DNA of 63,991 nucleotides, the filler included. It is 9 parts of 9 records of this genome, joined end to end, with 100 filler letters (N's around TTAATTAATTAA, not from the genome) between each part and the next. Parts side by side here need not be neighbours in the genome. Positions count along the whole stretch, not along the records: positions 1 to 8,446 come from SRR31156797_83492; positions 8,547 to 13,981 come from SRR31156797_83516; 7 more parts are not named here. One strand, given 5' to 3'. The position numbers and the translations under genes are program-made. Below the pieces are notes generated by a model. It was not told the origin of the DNA and ran no database searches. It saw only the letters and a program-made list of their open reading frames with translations. Below, piece after piece: positions 1 through 8,900 of the stretch (its first letter is position 1; each line of letters starts with the position of its first letter).

Positions 1-1104
1 CCCAACGCGGCCAGGCTCTACGAACGAGCTTTCAGTCAGTTTGTCTACCCGACCAACGATGCCAATGTTCCGGTCCTGGGCCAGGCTGCCTTACCCGAGA
101 GGGGAGCGACATGGTCTGAGCCGATGCGTGATGCCGTGGCCCAATGCCTCCAGGACAACCAAGCGGGTCTGGACCTGCTGCACGAGGCGGCCGCAATTGA
201 GGAATGCTGGTACAACTGGCAATATTTGTTGAACATGCCCGATTTCTCGGGGTTTCGCCGGTGCGCCTTCCTGCTCAAGCTGGAGATGCTCTTTCACGCC
301 CAGCAGGATCAGGTGGACGCCCTGGTTCCGTGTTTCGAGAGCATGCTATCCTTGAGCAAATCGCTTCGACATGAGCCCACGGTGATTCCATATCTGATGC
401 GCATGGGTGCTGTATCGATGTCCTTGCACGGGCTGGAGTGGACGCTAAATACGGCGTCTTCTACCGATCGGCAATTGCAGGATCTGAATGAGATGCTCGC
501 TCAAACGGTTGTGTCGTTGGATTTGACCGAAGTAATCATCAGTAGACGTTGTGAGATGATCGAGTTGTTTCAGGAGGTCGAGCTTTGGGCCGGCTACATG
601 GGCCAAGGCGGTGTGGCTCTGAAGTTTCCAGGCGCCATGAAGACGGGGCTGCTTGACATGCTGGATCACACGGCCGATGCTGTTGAGGCCATGAAGCTGT
701 CGCCGGTGGAGCGGTTGGCAAGGTTCGGGGCGATCGACGCCAAGCAAGCTGACCTTCCGCTCTGGCATGTCATAAGCAACAGGAGTCCGCAGACCCTGAG
801 CGGGATATGCGAACTGGATCTGCGTTTGCACGCCCGCATCGACCTGGCCCGGACTGCTTTGGCCATTGAGCGTTACCGCTTGGCGACTGAAGAAGTGCCG
901 GAGCGATTGGAGGCATTGGTGCCGCGGTATCTGGACGCTGTGCCGATCGACCCGTTTGACGGCCGGCCGATTCGCTACCGACGCACGGAGCCCGGTTACC
1001 TGCTCTACAGCATCATGGAAGACGGCCACGACAACGGTGGCCGCACCCGTGATGAGGTCAACAAGGGCGAATCCTACGACTTGTGTTTCATCGTGACGCG
1101 CTAG
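1..1104 (+). CDS. 5'-truncated planctomycete-type protein with C-terminal GspG/pseudopilin-like module (paralog 1)
   Basis: Frame 1 is open from base 1 (PNAARLYERAF..., matching NAADVYMDAF of the next gene). The C-terminus ALAIERYRLAT..P..LEALVP.YL..VP.DPFDG resembles the GspG C-terminal motif. Confidence 0.8.
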   Translation, partial: PNAARLYERAFSQFVYPTNDANVPVLGQAALPERGATWSEPMRDAVAQCLQDNQAGLDLLHEAAAIEECWYNWQYLLNMPDFSGFRRCAFLLKLEMLFHAQQDQVDALVPCFESMLSLSKSLRHEPTVIPYLMRMGAVSMSLHGLEWTLNTASSTDRQLQDLNEMLAQTVVSLDLTEVIISRRCEMIELFQEVELWAGYMGQGGVALKFPGAMKTGLLDMLDHTADAVEAMKLSPVERLARFGAIDAKQADLPLWHVISNRSPQTLSGICELDLRLHARIDLARTALAIERYRLATEEVPERLEALVPRYLDAVPIDPFDGRPIRYRRTEPGYLLYSIMEDGHDNGGRTRDEVNKGESYDLCFIVTR

Positions 1105-1238
1105 GCGAGAGAACCACCGATACCAACATCTGTTCCGATGATGAATCCCGCCTTTCCTGAATCGGGCCAGTGGAGTATAGTGAGTGGGTAATCCGGAAAA
1201 GCGTTAGCCGATGATCGTGGAGTTGGAGAGCGGGTACC

Positions 1239-2540
1239 ATGAGCGAAGACAGAGAAGAGCGACGGGGAGGCCTGCGCGGCTGGCACATCATCTTGGGTGT
1301 CGTTGGGCTGGTAGTTGTGCTGATCGTCCTGTTGATGATCGTTCAGAAGGGCAGTGTGGAGCGACAGCTGGCAGCGCTGCGGGCCCAAGGCCATCCCACG
1401 AGTTTCGCGGAGCTGGCCGAACAGCACCCGTTGCCCGAGGATGCTGCGAATGCTGCGGACGTATACATGGATGCCTTCGCCGCGTTCACGGCGCCCGCTG
1501 ACAAGATCCATACGGTGGTTGCCGGGGAAGCGCCGTTGCCTGCGGCGGGGGCCCCGTTGCCCCCGAGTGTCGCTTCGGCGACCGAGCAGTTCCTCACCGA
1601 CAATCAGCAATGTCTGGATCTGCTCCAACAGGCCGGAGCGATCGAGCATTGTCGCTACGATTGGGACTATGCCCAGGGCATGCCATTTCTCCCTTCGATG
1701 AAGCATTGTGCCCAACTGCTCGGGGCCGCCATCGTCTTGCGAGGGCATCAAGACGATGCGCCTGCTGTACTAGCCTACCTGGAGGACGAACTGCATCTGA
1801 TTCGCTCTCTGCAAAACGAACCGGGGCTGATCTGTTACCTGGTGCGCATGGCCTGTACCGCCTTGTCACTCCGCGCCGTGGAGCAAACCCTAAGCGCGAC
1901 ATCGTTTACCGACGAACAGTTGGCGGAGATGAATCGCATGCTGGCTGAAGTCGCCTCGACGTTGGATGTGACCCAGACCATGGTCAGCGAGCGGTGCTTC
2001 ATGATCGAGTACATTCGCGATCCGTCCAAGCTGGGTAGGGGGGGGGGCGGAGCGCTAAGGATTCCAATCCTGGGAGGATTCGGGCTGGCAGACATTCTGG
2101 ACTATATGGCCGATTGCATCGCTGCCTCCGAGCTTCCTCCTTCCGAGCGTGTGGTCCGCTTCCGCCAGATCCGTGACGAGTTGGAGGATCTTTCATTCCT
2201 GCATACGGTCGTCAAGGTACTGGCGCCGGCTCTCGGGCGGGTGGCGGAACTCGATTTGCGCTGCAAGGCGCATCTGGATCTGACCCGCACTGCCTTGGCG
2301 ATCGAGCGCTACCGCCTGGCGACCGGGGAGATTCCTGGGCAATTGGAGGCGTTGGTGCCGCAGTATCTCGACGCGGTGCCCCTCGATCCGTTCGATGGCC
2401 GGCCGCTCCGCTACCTACGCAAGACGCCTGGCTACCGGATCTACAGCATCACGGACGATGGCCAGGACAACGGTGGACTCACCCGCGATGAGGTCAACAA
2501 GGGCGATCCCTACGACCTGTGTTTCGTCGTGACACGCTAG
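1239..2540 (+). CDS. Membrane-anchored protein with C-terminal GspG/pseudopilin-like module (paralog 2)
   Basis: 433 aa with a single N-terminal hydrophobic helix and GGAG upstream. The last 97 aa are 73/97 identical to paralog 1 (hand count). Confidence 0.85.
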   Translation: MSEDREERRGGLRGWHIILGVVGLVVVLIVLLMIVQKGSVERQLAALRAQGHPTSFAELAEQHPLPEDAANAADVYMDAFAAFTAPADKIHTVVAGEAPLPAAGAPLPPSVASATEQFLTDNQQCLDLLQQAGAIEHCRYDWDYAQGMPFLPSMKHCAQLLGAAIVLRGHQDDAPAVLAYLEDELHLIRSLQNEPGLICYLVRMACTALSLRAVEQTLSATSFTDEQLAEMNRMLAEVASTLDVTQTMVSERCFMIEYIRDPSKLGRGGGGALRIPILGGFGLADILDYMADCIAASELPPSERVVRFRQIRDELEDLSFLHTVVKVLAPALGRVAELDLRCKAHLDLTRTALAIERYRLATGEIPGQLEALVPQYLDAVPLDPFDGRPLRYLRKTPGYRIYSITDDGQDNGGLTRDEVNKGDPYDLCFVVTR

Positions 2541-2567
2541 GGGCGACAACAAAGCGTCCTTCGAGGC

Positions 2568-2689
2568 TTGTCATCCTGGGCGTCAGCGAAGGATCTGGGT
2601 AGCGATGAAAGTTTTACTCGCGATGCGAAGCTTGCTTTTCACTCGTATGCCAGATCCTTCATTGCGCTGGGCTTCATTCAGGATGACAA
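2568..2689. repeat. REP-like inverted-repeat element (GTCATCCTG...GAAGGATCT type) between convergent genes
   Basis: TTGTCATCCTG (2568-2578) pairs with CAGGATGACAA (2679-2689). GAAGGATCTGG (2588-2598) pairs with CCAGATCCTTC (2650-2660). Confidence 0.7.
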
Positions 2690-2724
2690 ATGGGCGGTGT
2701 CCGTTCAGGATCGCTCTGCCTAAT

Positions 2725-3990
2725 TCATTGGAAGCGGGCTTTGGTGGACCAGAGACCTAGGCCGGGGTTGGAGATGTAGAAGATTCTTTCGCCGGCAACG
2801 GTATTGAAGCCATCCTTGAGCTTTTTGGGGTCGTACTTGGCTGTCATCTCTGCCAAGTCGGCGTACTGGAAGTTGACGCCTTCGATCTGCTCCTTCGTCA
2901 GGTGGCCCGGACAGTAGGTGATGGTGAAGCGGTCTTCCGAAGAGCCATGGATCAAGTGGGCGGCGGCGCTGAGGTTGGCGCGGAGGTCCTCGTTTTCCTC
3001 GACCAGTTGCAGGACCTTGTCGGTGCCGACGTAGCCATATTTGCGAATAAGCTTGTCGATCTGCTTATCCTCGCCAAACTCGCGCAGGCCCGGTGCCAGG
3101 ACGATCAGCTCGCCCTCGTCGGCCATGGCCATGCGGGTGCGGTAAACGCTTTTGTTGCCCAGCCAGGTGCTCTTGAACTCCTCCGGCTCAAGGTAGACGA
3201 CCACTTTCTGTAAAGGCTCATCGAGCATCTGGAAGTTGACCTTCAGCGACAGTTCCGCGGCCCGGTTGAAGCATTCAATGTCGTCGCCGATGAACAAACC
3301 CCGCGTGACAAGTCCTTCCTCGCTCGGACCGACCACGGTCTGCACGTACACGAGCGGCAGATCGCGACCGAAATGGTCGGAGGCATAATTCAGCACGCGC
3401 CGGACGGGCGTGTCGGCCCGGCCCATCATGCGCTCCATGCCGTAAACGGCGCCGAGGTAGTGACTCTTGTTGATCCCCTCGACGCCACCGGTGCCGATGA
3501 AGACGTTTTTGCTGTAGTTGGCCATGCCGACCACTTCGTGGGGCACGACCTGCCCGATCGACAGGATCATATCGAACCCGCCCTCGACGAGCAGTTTGTC
3601 GACTTGCGCGGGCCAGGAGAAGTCCAGCTTGCCCTCGCTGACTTCTTTGATAAACTCGCTCGGCACTTCGCCCAGCGTGGCCAGGCCGCCGCGCCAGTCA
3701 TGCTCGCGAAAGAGGCCGACCGGGATATCGCCAAACATCCGCCCGATTTCGGCTTCGGTCATGGCGAAATGCGTTCCCAGCGCCGGCAGGATATCCGTTA
3801 GCGCCTGCCCGTAATACTGCCACGCGTAGCGGGTCAGCTCGCCCGCGCGCGAATAGAAGCGCGTAATGTCCGGCGGCAAAGCCAGAACCTTCTGCCTGGT
3901 GCCCAGTTTGTCCAGCGCTTCGCAGAGACCCTGCTTGAGGTCCTCGGCGCTTAGATTGTCACTTTCACTGCCGCGACTGTAGTAGAGCAT
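2725..3990 (-). CDS. Lactate racemase (LarA/DUF2088) superfamily epimerase
   Basis: Motifs PPDITR, ALGTH, EHDW, GQVVPHEVVG..NYSKN and SHYLGA align with LarA catalytic His and cofactor-binding Lys/His positions. Confidence 0.8.
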   Translation of the reverse strand: MLYYSRGSESDNLSAEDLKQGLCEALDKLGTRQKVLALPPDITRFYSRAGELTRYAWQYYGQALTDILPALGTHFAMTEAEIGRMFGDIPVGLFREHDWRGGLATLGEVPSEFIKEVSEGKLDFSWPAQVDKLLVEGGFDMILSIGQVVPHEVVGMANYSKNVFIGTGGVEGINKSHYLGAVYGMERMMGRADTPVRRVLNYASDHFGRDLPLVYVQTVVGPSEEGLVTRGLFIGDDIECFNRAAELSLKVNFQMLDEPLQKVVVYLEPEEFKSTWLGNKSVYRTRMAMADEGELIVLAPGLREFGEDKQIDKLIRKYGYVGTDKVLQLVEENEDLRANLSAAAHLIHGSSEDRFTITYCPGHLTKEQIEGVNFQYADLAEMTAKYDPKKLKDGFNTVAGERIFYISNPGLGLWSTKARFQ

Positions 3991-4194
3991 GGGTTTTCCT
4001 GTTTCTGCCCCGTGAGCAACGGGGGCGGACGGTTTTCAGAGCGCATTCACTGCCACAGATGCCCCAGATTAAGGGTGAAATACCGCGCAAGACAACGAAA
4101 AACTGCGGTCGGGATTCTATTTCGCATGGATTGTGGCTTGATCGGCCGATATCCTATGAAGAGGAATTGTTGATTTGTAGGATGTGACAAGCTC

Positions 4195-5040
4195 ATGAAC
4201 GAACTGCTCTTGAGAATCGAGACGCTGTGCCTGGAAGTGAACCCGACGCTGCTGATTGGTGTCGGAGTGGGCATGGGGATTGTGGGATTGATCCTCTGGC
4301 TGGGCGGAACGCGCTACAGTACGGCCGTGATCGGTTTGCTGGGTGCGGCGGTCGGCGCCGTTGTGGGTCTGGCGGTGGCCCAGCAGTTGGGCGTTCATCT
4401 CTTCATCAGCATGGCGGTTGGCGCGGTGGCGTTGGGCATCGTTTCGGTTCTGTTGCGCAACGTCTTGATGATCGTGCTGGCGACGGCGATCTTCGCCCTG
4501 GTCGGCGCGGCCGGATACGCGGGCGTTGTGCTGGATAGCCAGCCGGCCGAAGAAGCGACCGCGAGCGACCAGCAGACAGTCACAAGCGGGCAGCCGTTTC
4601 TTATTCAATCTTTCAGTAGCATGGACCCGAACTCGCGGCAAATGTATCTGAACGAGATCAGTGGGTCCGAGGAGGATTTCCAGGAGCGATCGAAAGCGAT
4701 TCTCAAGGACACCTGGGATGCGCTGGGCCCGACGAAGTGGTATCTGATGGGAGCGATTCTCATCGGAGGCGTCGGGGGCTTCCTCCTGATCTGGTTCATC
4801 AAACAGGTCATCGTACCGCTGTGTTACAGCATCGTTGGGACGACCAGTCTGATTCTGGGTGCTCAAGTGCTCCTGCTGGGATTGGGTTTTCACCTAGCGT
4901 CTGCTCTGCCCGTTCAGCGCTGGATCATGCCCGCGGCCTTTGGTGGCATGACCGTCTTTGGATGGGTTTCGCAACTGCTGGCCGCCCGCAGGCCACACCC
5001 CAAGGCGCATAAGAGCGAGGGGGGCTCCGGCGACGAATGA
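4195..5040 (+). CDS. Polytopic membrane protein of unknown function (DUF4203-like)
   Basis: 281 aa with about 7 Gly-rich hydrophobic helices split by a polar loop. Confidence 0.7.
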   Translation: MNELLLRIETLCLEVNPTLLIGVGVGMGIVGLILWLGGTRYSTAVIGLLGAAVGAVVGLAVAQQLGVHLFISMAVGAVALGIVSVLLRNVLMIVLATAIFALVGAAGYAGVVLDSQPAEEATASDQQTVTSGQPFLIQSFSSMDPNSRQMYLNEISGSEEDFQERSKAILKDTWDALGPTKWYLMGAILIGGVGGFLLIWFIKQVIVPLCYSIVGTTSLILGAQVLLLGLGFHLASALPVQRWIMPAAFGGMTVFGWVSQLLAARRPHPKAHKSEGGSGDE

Positions 5041-5151
5041 CATGCGGCTGCTTTGTCCTTGCCTTCCGGGACACCATTCCTGCCACGCGCAGGGCATCGA
5101 CTGTGGAGTGAAGAACCGACAACGTCACTACGTCCGTGAGAGGTTGCCGGC

Positions 5152-6201
5152 GTGCCGCCCGAGCGATCGAGAAGTATCCAGTACATCAACCGGCTGAGAA
5201 TCCTGGCCATCTACCTGGTGGTCACCGCCCACGTGGCGATCTGGCTGGCGATGGAGGCCGAGCCGTTCACCTTCGACTGGTGGGTGGGGGGCTGGCTGTT
5301 CTACCTGGGGCATGCAACCATTCCCATCTTCGTGATGATCAGCGGCGCACTGCTACTCGATGATTCGCGGCGCGAGTCGACGGGCCAGTTTTACCGGCGC
5401 CGGCTCTATCGGATCGGTGTTCCCCTGGTCTTTTGGACGGCGGCCTATCTGGCCGTTCGTGTCTTCGTCGATGGCGAGCAGTTGACGGTCGCGCGGGCTG
5501 CGCATTTGATTCTCTCCGCCGATCCCTATTACCACCTGTGGTTTCTCTACACGATCGTCGGCCTATATCTCGTGACCCCGGCGCTGCGCACGTTCGTTCG
5601 CCGCGCAAGCCAGACCCAACGACTCGGTGTCATTGTCATTGGGCTGGTCCTCGCCAACGTGTATTTCCAGGCCGACGTGCTGCTCTGGGACCATCGGCGC
5701 TCCATCTTCACCATGTTCCTTCCCTACATCCCGTACTATTTGTGTGGATACGAACTGCGGCGCATCGATCCGAGAAGGATCTCCTCGCGGTACCTCGCTC
5801 TGGCCGTGATTCTCTCGGCCCTGTACCTGGCGGCGTTCTTCAGCGTGTTCATGGAGCGGCAGGGCGGCATCGGCGTACGCTATCTGTTCGATTTCTTTTC
5901 GCCTCCGGTGGCGTTCTTGTCGATTGGGATCTTCTGGGCGGCGTATTGGCACGACGCTCGGTCCGAGCCGGTGACGGGCGTGCGGCGGACCGTGCTGGAA
6001 TGGGTCGCGTCGACGACCCTGGGGATCTATGTCTTGCACCCGCTGGTCCTCGAAGGGCTGCGTCGGGTGCTGAGCGATCGGGCGGACGATGGGGCCTTCC
6101 TGCTCGGCGTGACTGTCGTGCCCTTGATTACTTTCGTGGTTTGTGATTTGATCACATCGCTGCTGATGAACGTGCCGATCTTGCGACGGACCGTCTACTG
6201 A
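5152..6201 (+). CDS. Acyltransferase family 3 (WecH/OafA-like membrane O-acyltransferase)
   Basis: Motifs LRILAIYLVVTAH, IPIFVMISG, RRLYRI, YHLWFLY and TLGIYVLH; multiple TM helices. Confidence 0.88.
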   Translation: MPPERSRSIQYINRLRILAIYLVVTAHVAIWLAMEAEPFTFDWWVGGWLFYLGHATIPIFVMISGALLLDDSRRESTGQFYRRRLYRIGVPLVFWTAAYLAVRVFVDGEQLTVARAAHLILSADPYYHLWFLYTIVGLYLVTPALRTFVRRASQTQRLGVIVIGLVLANVYFQADVLLWDHRRSIFTMFLPYIPYYLCGYELRRIDPRRISSRYLALAVILSALYLAAFFSVFMERQGGIGVRYLFDFFSPPVAFLSIGIFWAAYWHDARSEPVTGVRRTVLEWVASTTLGIYVLHPLVLEGLRRVLSDRADDGAFLLGVTVVPLITFVVCDLITSLLMNVPILRRTVY

Positions 6202-6237
6202 CTGACAATCGTCATCCTGGAAAGGAGCTGGTTTCGC

Positions 6238-6792
6238 ATGAAGAAGAATGTCCCTCTCAATCAAGCCAAATGGATCATCGAGCCGGGCTGTGTCGTCCTC
6301 GTGACCGGGGGTACCACCGAACACGCCAACGTGATGACATTCAGTTGGCAGACGCCTATCCATACATCCGATCCGTGTATGGTTTTGCTGGTGGTCAATC
6401 GGGTGCGGTACACGTATGAACTGATCAGGCAGAACAACGAGCTGGCGATTAGCATCCCGGGTGAGGATTTGCTGGAACAGACCCACTTGGTCGGGACGGT
6501 GACCGGCCGGGGGATCGACAAGTTCGCTGAGAGCGGCCTGACTCCCGTCGCGGCCAACGTCGTCCAGCCTCCCCTGATCGCCGAATGTGCGGGCCATTTG
6601 GAATGCCGGGTTATCGAAATCCACGGTGTGGAAACGCACGACCTGCTGATTTGCGAGGTGGTCCACGCGTCGGCCGAGGAGGAATGCTTCGACGGCGCCT
6701 GGATTCCGAAGAAGTTCCACACGCTGCACTACATGCACGGCAACAAATACGGCCTGCTGACCCGCCGGGTCGAGGCGCGCGGCTTGCGTTGA
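6238..6792 (+). CDS. Flavin reductase-like FMN-binding protein
   Basis: Motifs VVLVT..NVMTFSW, G..TGR..DKF..SGLT and PLIAEC.GHLECRV...HDL..CEV; RBS AAGGAG. Confidence 0.88.
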   Translation: MKKNVPLNQAKWIIEPGCVVLVTGGTTEHANVMTFSWQTPIHTSDPCMVLLVVNRVRYTYELIRQNNELAISIPGEDLLEQTHLVGTVTGRGIDKFAESGLTPVAANVVQPPLIAECAGHLECRVIEIHGVETHDLLICEVVHASAEEECFDGAWIPKKFHTLHYMHGNKYGLLTRRVEARGLR

Positions 6793-6877
6793 TGGTTCTG
6801 GACAAAACGTGGCCTTTGCTCTATAATTCTCGATAGGCATCGCCGACTCTGCAACCGCATTTGATGAGAGGTGGACC

Positions 6878-7834
6878 ATGTCAAACGAGCTGGATCGTCG
6901 TGACTTCCTGAAGACATCTCTGGCAGGTTCCGCGGCCGGGGCTTTGGGCCTGAGCTTTGAAGAGCAGAACCTGCTGGCGCAATCGTCAGGGCGTCCGGCT
7001 CGTTCGGCGCCGTCCGGTTCCAGTCGAAAGATGCCGATGGGGCAGATCAAAGACGTCAAGATCAGTCGGATGTTCACGGGCGGCAATCTCATCAGTGGCT
7101 TCGCCCACAGTCGCGATCTGATCTATGTGTCTTCACTGCTGCAAAGCTACTTCACAGACGAGAAGGTGATGGAGACGCTGGAACTGTGCGAGGAGATGGG
7201 GATCAATACCGCCATCCTGCGCCTCGACGACCACTGCAAGCGCATTCTCCAGCGCTATTGGGACGAGCGCGGGGGCAAGATCCAGTGGATTGCCCAACTC
7301 AAGGTCATGCCGGACGATCTGAGCGAAATCACCGACGCGATTGACCATGGTGCTGTCGGCGCGTTCGTTCACGGCGGTGTTAGTGATGCGTGTGTTGCGA
7401 ATGGACAGGTGGATTTGTTGGGCAAGGCGGTCGATCTGATCAAGGAGAACGGAGCCATTGCGGGTCTGGGGGGCCACACAGTCGAGGTCCCCATGGCCAG
7501 CGAGAAGGCCGGGCTCGATCCGGACTTCTACATGAAGACACTGCACAGTCATGGCTATTGGTCGGCCGAGGGCCAGCCCGAGCACGACAACATCTGGTCC
7601 AAGACGCCGGAGAAGACCATCGAGTTCATGCGCAGCGTCAAGAAGCCCTGGATTGCGTACAAGGTCATGGCGGCCGGCGCCATCACGCCCAGCCGGGCGT
7701 TCAAGTACGCTTACGAGGGTGGTGCCGATTTCATCTGCGCCGGTATGTTCGATTTCCAGGTCCGCGAGGACGCGATCATCGCCGACAAGGTCCTGGCCGG
7801 CAAGCTCAACCGCCAACGCCCCTGGTGCGCTTAG
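6878..7834 (+). CDS. Tat-exported aldo/keto-reductase-like TIM-barrel protein
   Basis: Twin-arginine signal LDRRDFLK; ISRMFTGGN and KPWIAYKVMAAG motifs; RBS GAGGTGG. Confidence 0.7.
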   Translation: MSNELDRRDFLKTSLAGSAAGALGLSFEEQNLLAQSSGRPARSAPSGSSRKMPMGQIKDVKISRMFTGGNLISGFAHSRDLIYVSSLLQSYFTDEKVMETLELCEEMGINTAILRLDDHCKRILQRYWDERGGKIQWIAQLKVMPDDLSEITDAIDHGAVGAFVHGGVSDACVANGQVDLLGKAVDLIKENGAIAGLGGHTVEVPMASEKAGLDPDFYMKTLHSHGYWSAEGQPEHDNIWSKTPEKTIEFMRSVKKPWIAYKVMAAGAITPSRAFKYAYEGGADFICAGMFDFQVREDAIIADKVLAGKLNRQRPWCA

Positions 7835-7881
7835 GCAAGAAGTTCAAACCGCAAAATGTAGAATGTAGAAGTGAGGAAGTC

Positions 7882-7900
7882 ATCGCCGCGACACGGCGAT
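7882..7900. terminator. Hairpin between convergent genes (possible terminator)
   Basis: ATCGCCG-CGACA-CGGCGAT, flanked by degenerate heptamer repeats. Confidence 0.35.
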
Positions 7901-7930
7901 TCTGCCATTTTGGCCTTTGATATTTGCTCT

Positions 7931-8446
7931 CTAATTCCCTGTGTCGGTTTCCCACCACAATCGTGGATAGTCCTGTCCTTCGATGATCCACCAGAGATCG
8001 GTCGTGCCGTTCTCGGTTTCGCCCACGAAATCCCAACCCGCTTCCAGAAACGCACTTGCTGTTTGCATCTCGACCGTTGTTAGCCCTCTCCCCGCGGCGC
8101 TGGTGTTCTGTCCACTGGCATCAATATCCCAGAGGCAATTGGTGACCGTGCCGAACTCATGATATCCGACGAGCCCTCCAGTGAATGTGGTTCCGGTGAC
8201 GATGGCGCCGGCATACGAGCGGTCTATGGTTCCGGGGTGCTCATCCCATGTGTTTTGGGAGCCGTTGCGGCCTACGAGACCTCCAACGGTCTGATCTCCT
8301 GAGACACTTCCCCTCGCGTAGCAATCCCTCACCGTGCCCCGGTTGTTGCCAACTAACCCTCCGAGAGAGAATTCACCCGTGACGACGGCGCTGGCAAAAC
8401 AACTCTCCACCAATCCTTCCTGGTTGCTTCCGACCAGGCCGCCTGC
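7931..8446 (-). CDS. GLUG-motif repeat surface protein, C-terminal fragment (5'-truncated)
   Basis: Repeated GGLVGxN motifs (frame open to contig edge, AGGLVGSNQEG) and C-terminal GWDF...W...DYPRL. Confidence 0.85.
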   Translation of the reverse strand, partial: AGGLVGSNQEGLVESCFASAVVTGEFSLGGLVGNNRGTVRDCYARGSVSGDQTVGGLVGRNGSQNTWDEHPGTIDRSYAGAIVTGTTFTGGLVGYHEFGTVTNCLWDIDASGQNTSAAGRGLTTVEMQTASAFLEAGWDFVGETENGTTDLWWIIEGQDYPRLWWETDTGN

Positions 8447-8546
8447 NNNNNNNNNNNNNNNNNNNNNNNNNNNNNNNNNNNNNNNNNNNNTTAATTAATT
8501 AANNNNNNNNNNNNNNNNNNNNNNNNNNNNNNNNNNNNNNNNNNNN
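8447..8546. other. Artificial contig linker
   Basis: N44-TTAATTAATTAA-N44; stops in all six frames. Confidence 0.98.
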
Positions 8547-8876
8547 GGCCAGCTGGCGACCTTTCTCTCTGGCGGTCAGCGGCAGATGCTGGCCATATCG
8601 CGGGCGATCATGGGCAATCCCGAGCTCATTATTTGCGATGAGATTTCCCTTGGCCTTGCGCCCGTGATCATTAAGGAAATTTATGCGGCCCTGAATCGCA
8701 TCAACGGGGAAGGCGTGGCCTTCCTGGTGGTTGAGCAGGAAATGAAGCGCTGCCTGAAAAACACGGAATATGCCTATGTTATGGTAAAGGGCAGGATTGT
8801 GGTCAAGGGTCTGTGTTCCGAACTGCCGGAAAACGAGGTCAGCGACGCGTATTTCGGCATAAACCGGTTTGCATGA
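8547..8876 (+). CDS. livF: Branched-chain amino-acid-type ABC ATPase, 5'-truncated
   Basis: LSGGQRQMLAISRA signature, DEISLGLAP Walker B region and LVVEQ. Confidence 0.85.
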   Translation, partial: GQLATFLSGGQRQMLAISRAIMGNPELIICDEISLGLAPVIIKEIYAALNRINGEGVAFLVVEQEMKRCLKNTEYAYVMVKGRIVVKGLCSELPENEVSDAYFGINRFA

Positions 8877-8900
8877 TTATAAATAATCCGAGGTGATGTA

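Noticed and set aside
811..2540. Possible DGR template/variable repeat pair
   Set aside because: Differences are largely synonymous and not adenine-specific, both copies are coding, and no reverse transcriptase is present.
5563..7092. 509-aa minus-strand ORF and similar long antisense ORFs (18626-20179, 46122-47483, 47493-49151, 50040-51320)
   Set aside because: Shadow ORFs opposite well-supported genes in GC-rich DNA, with no recognisable motifs.
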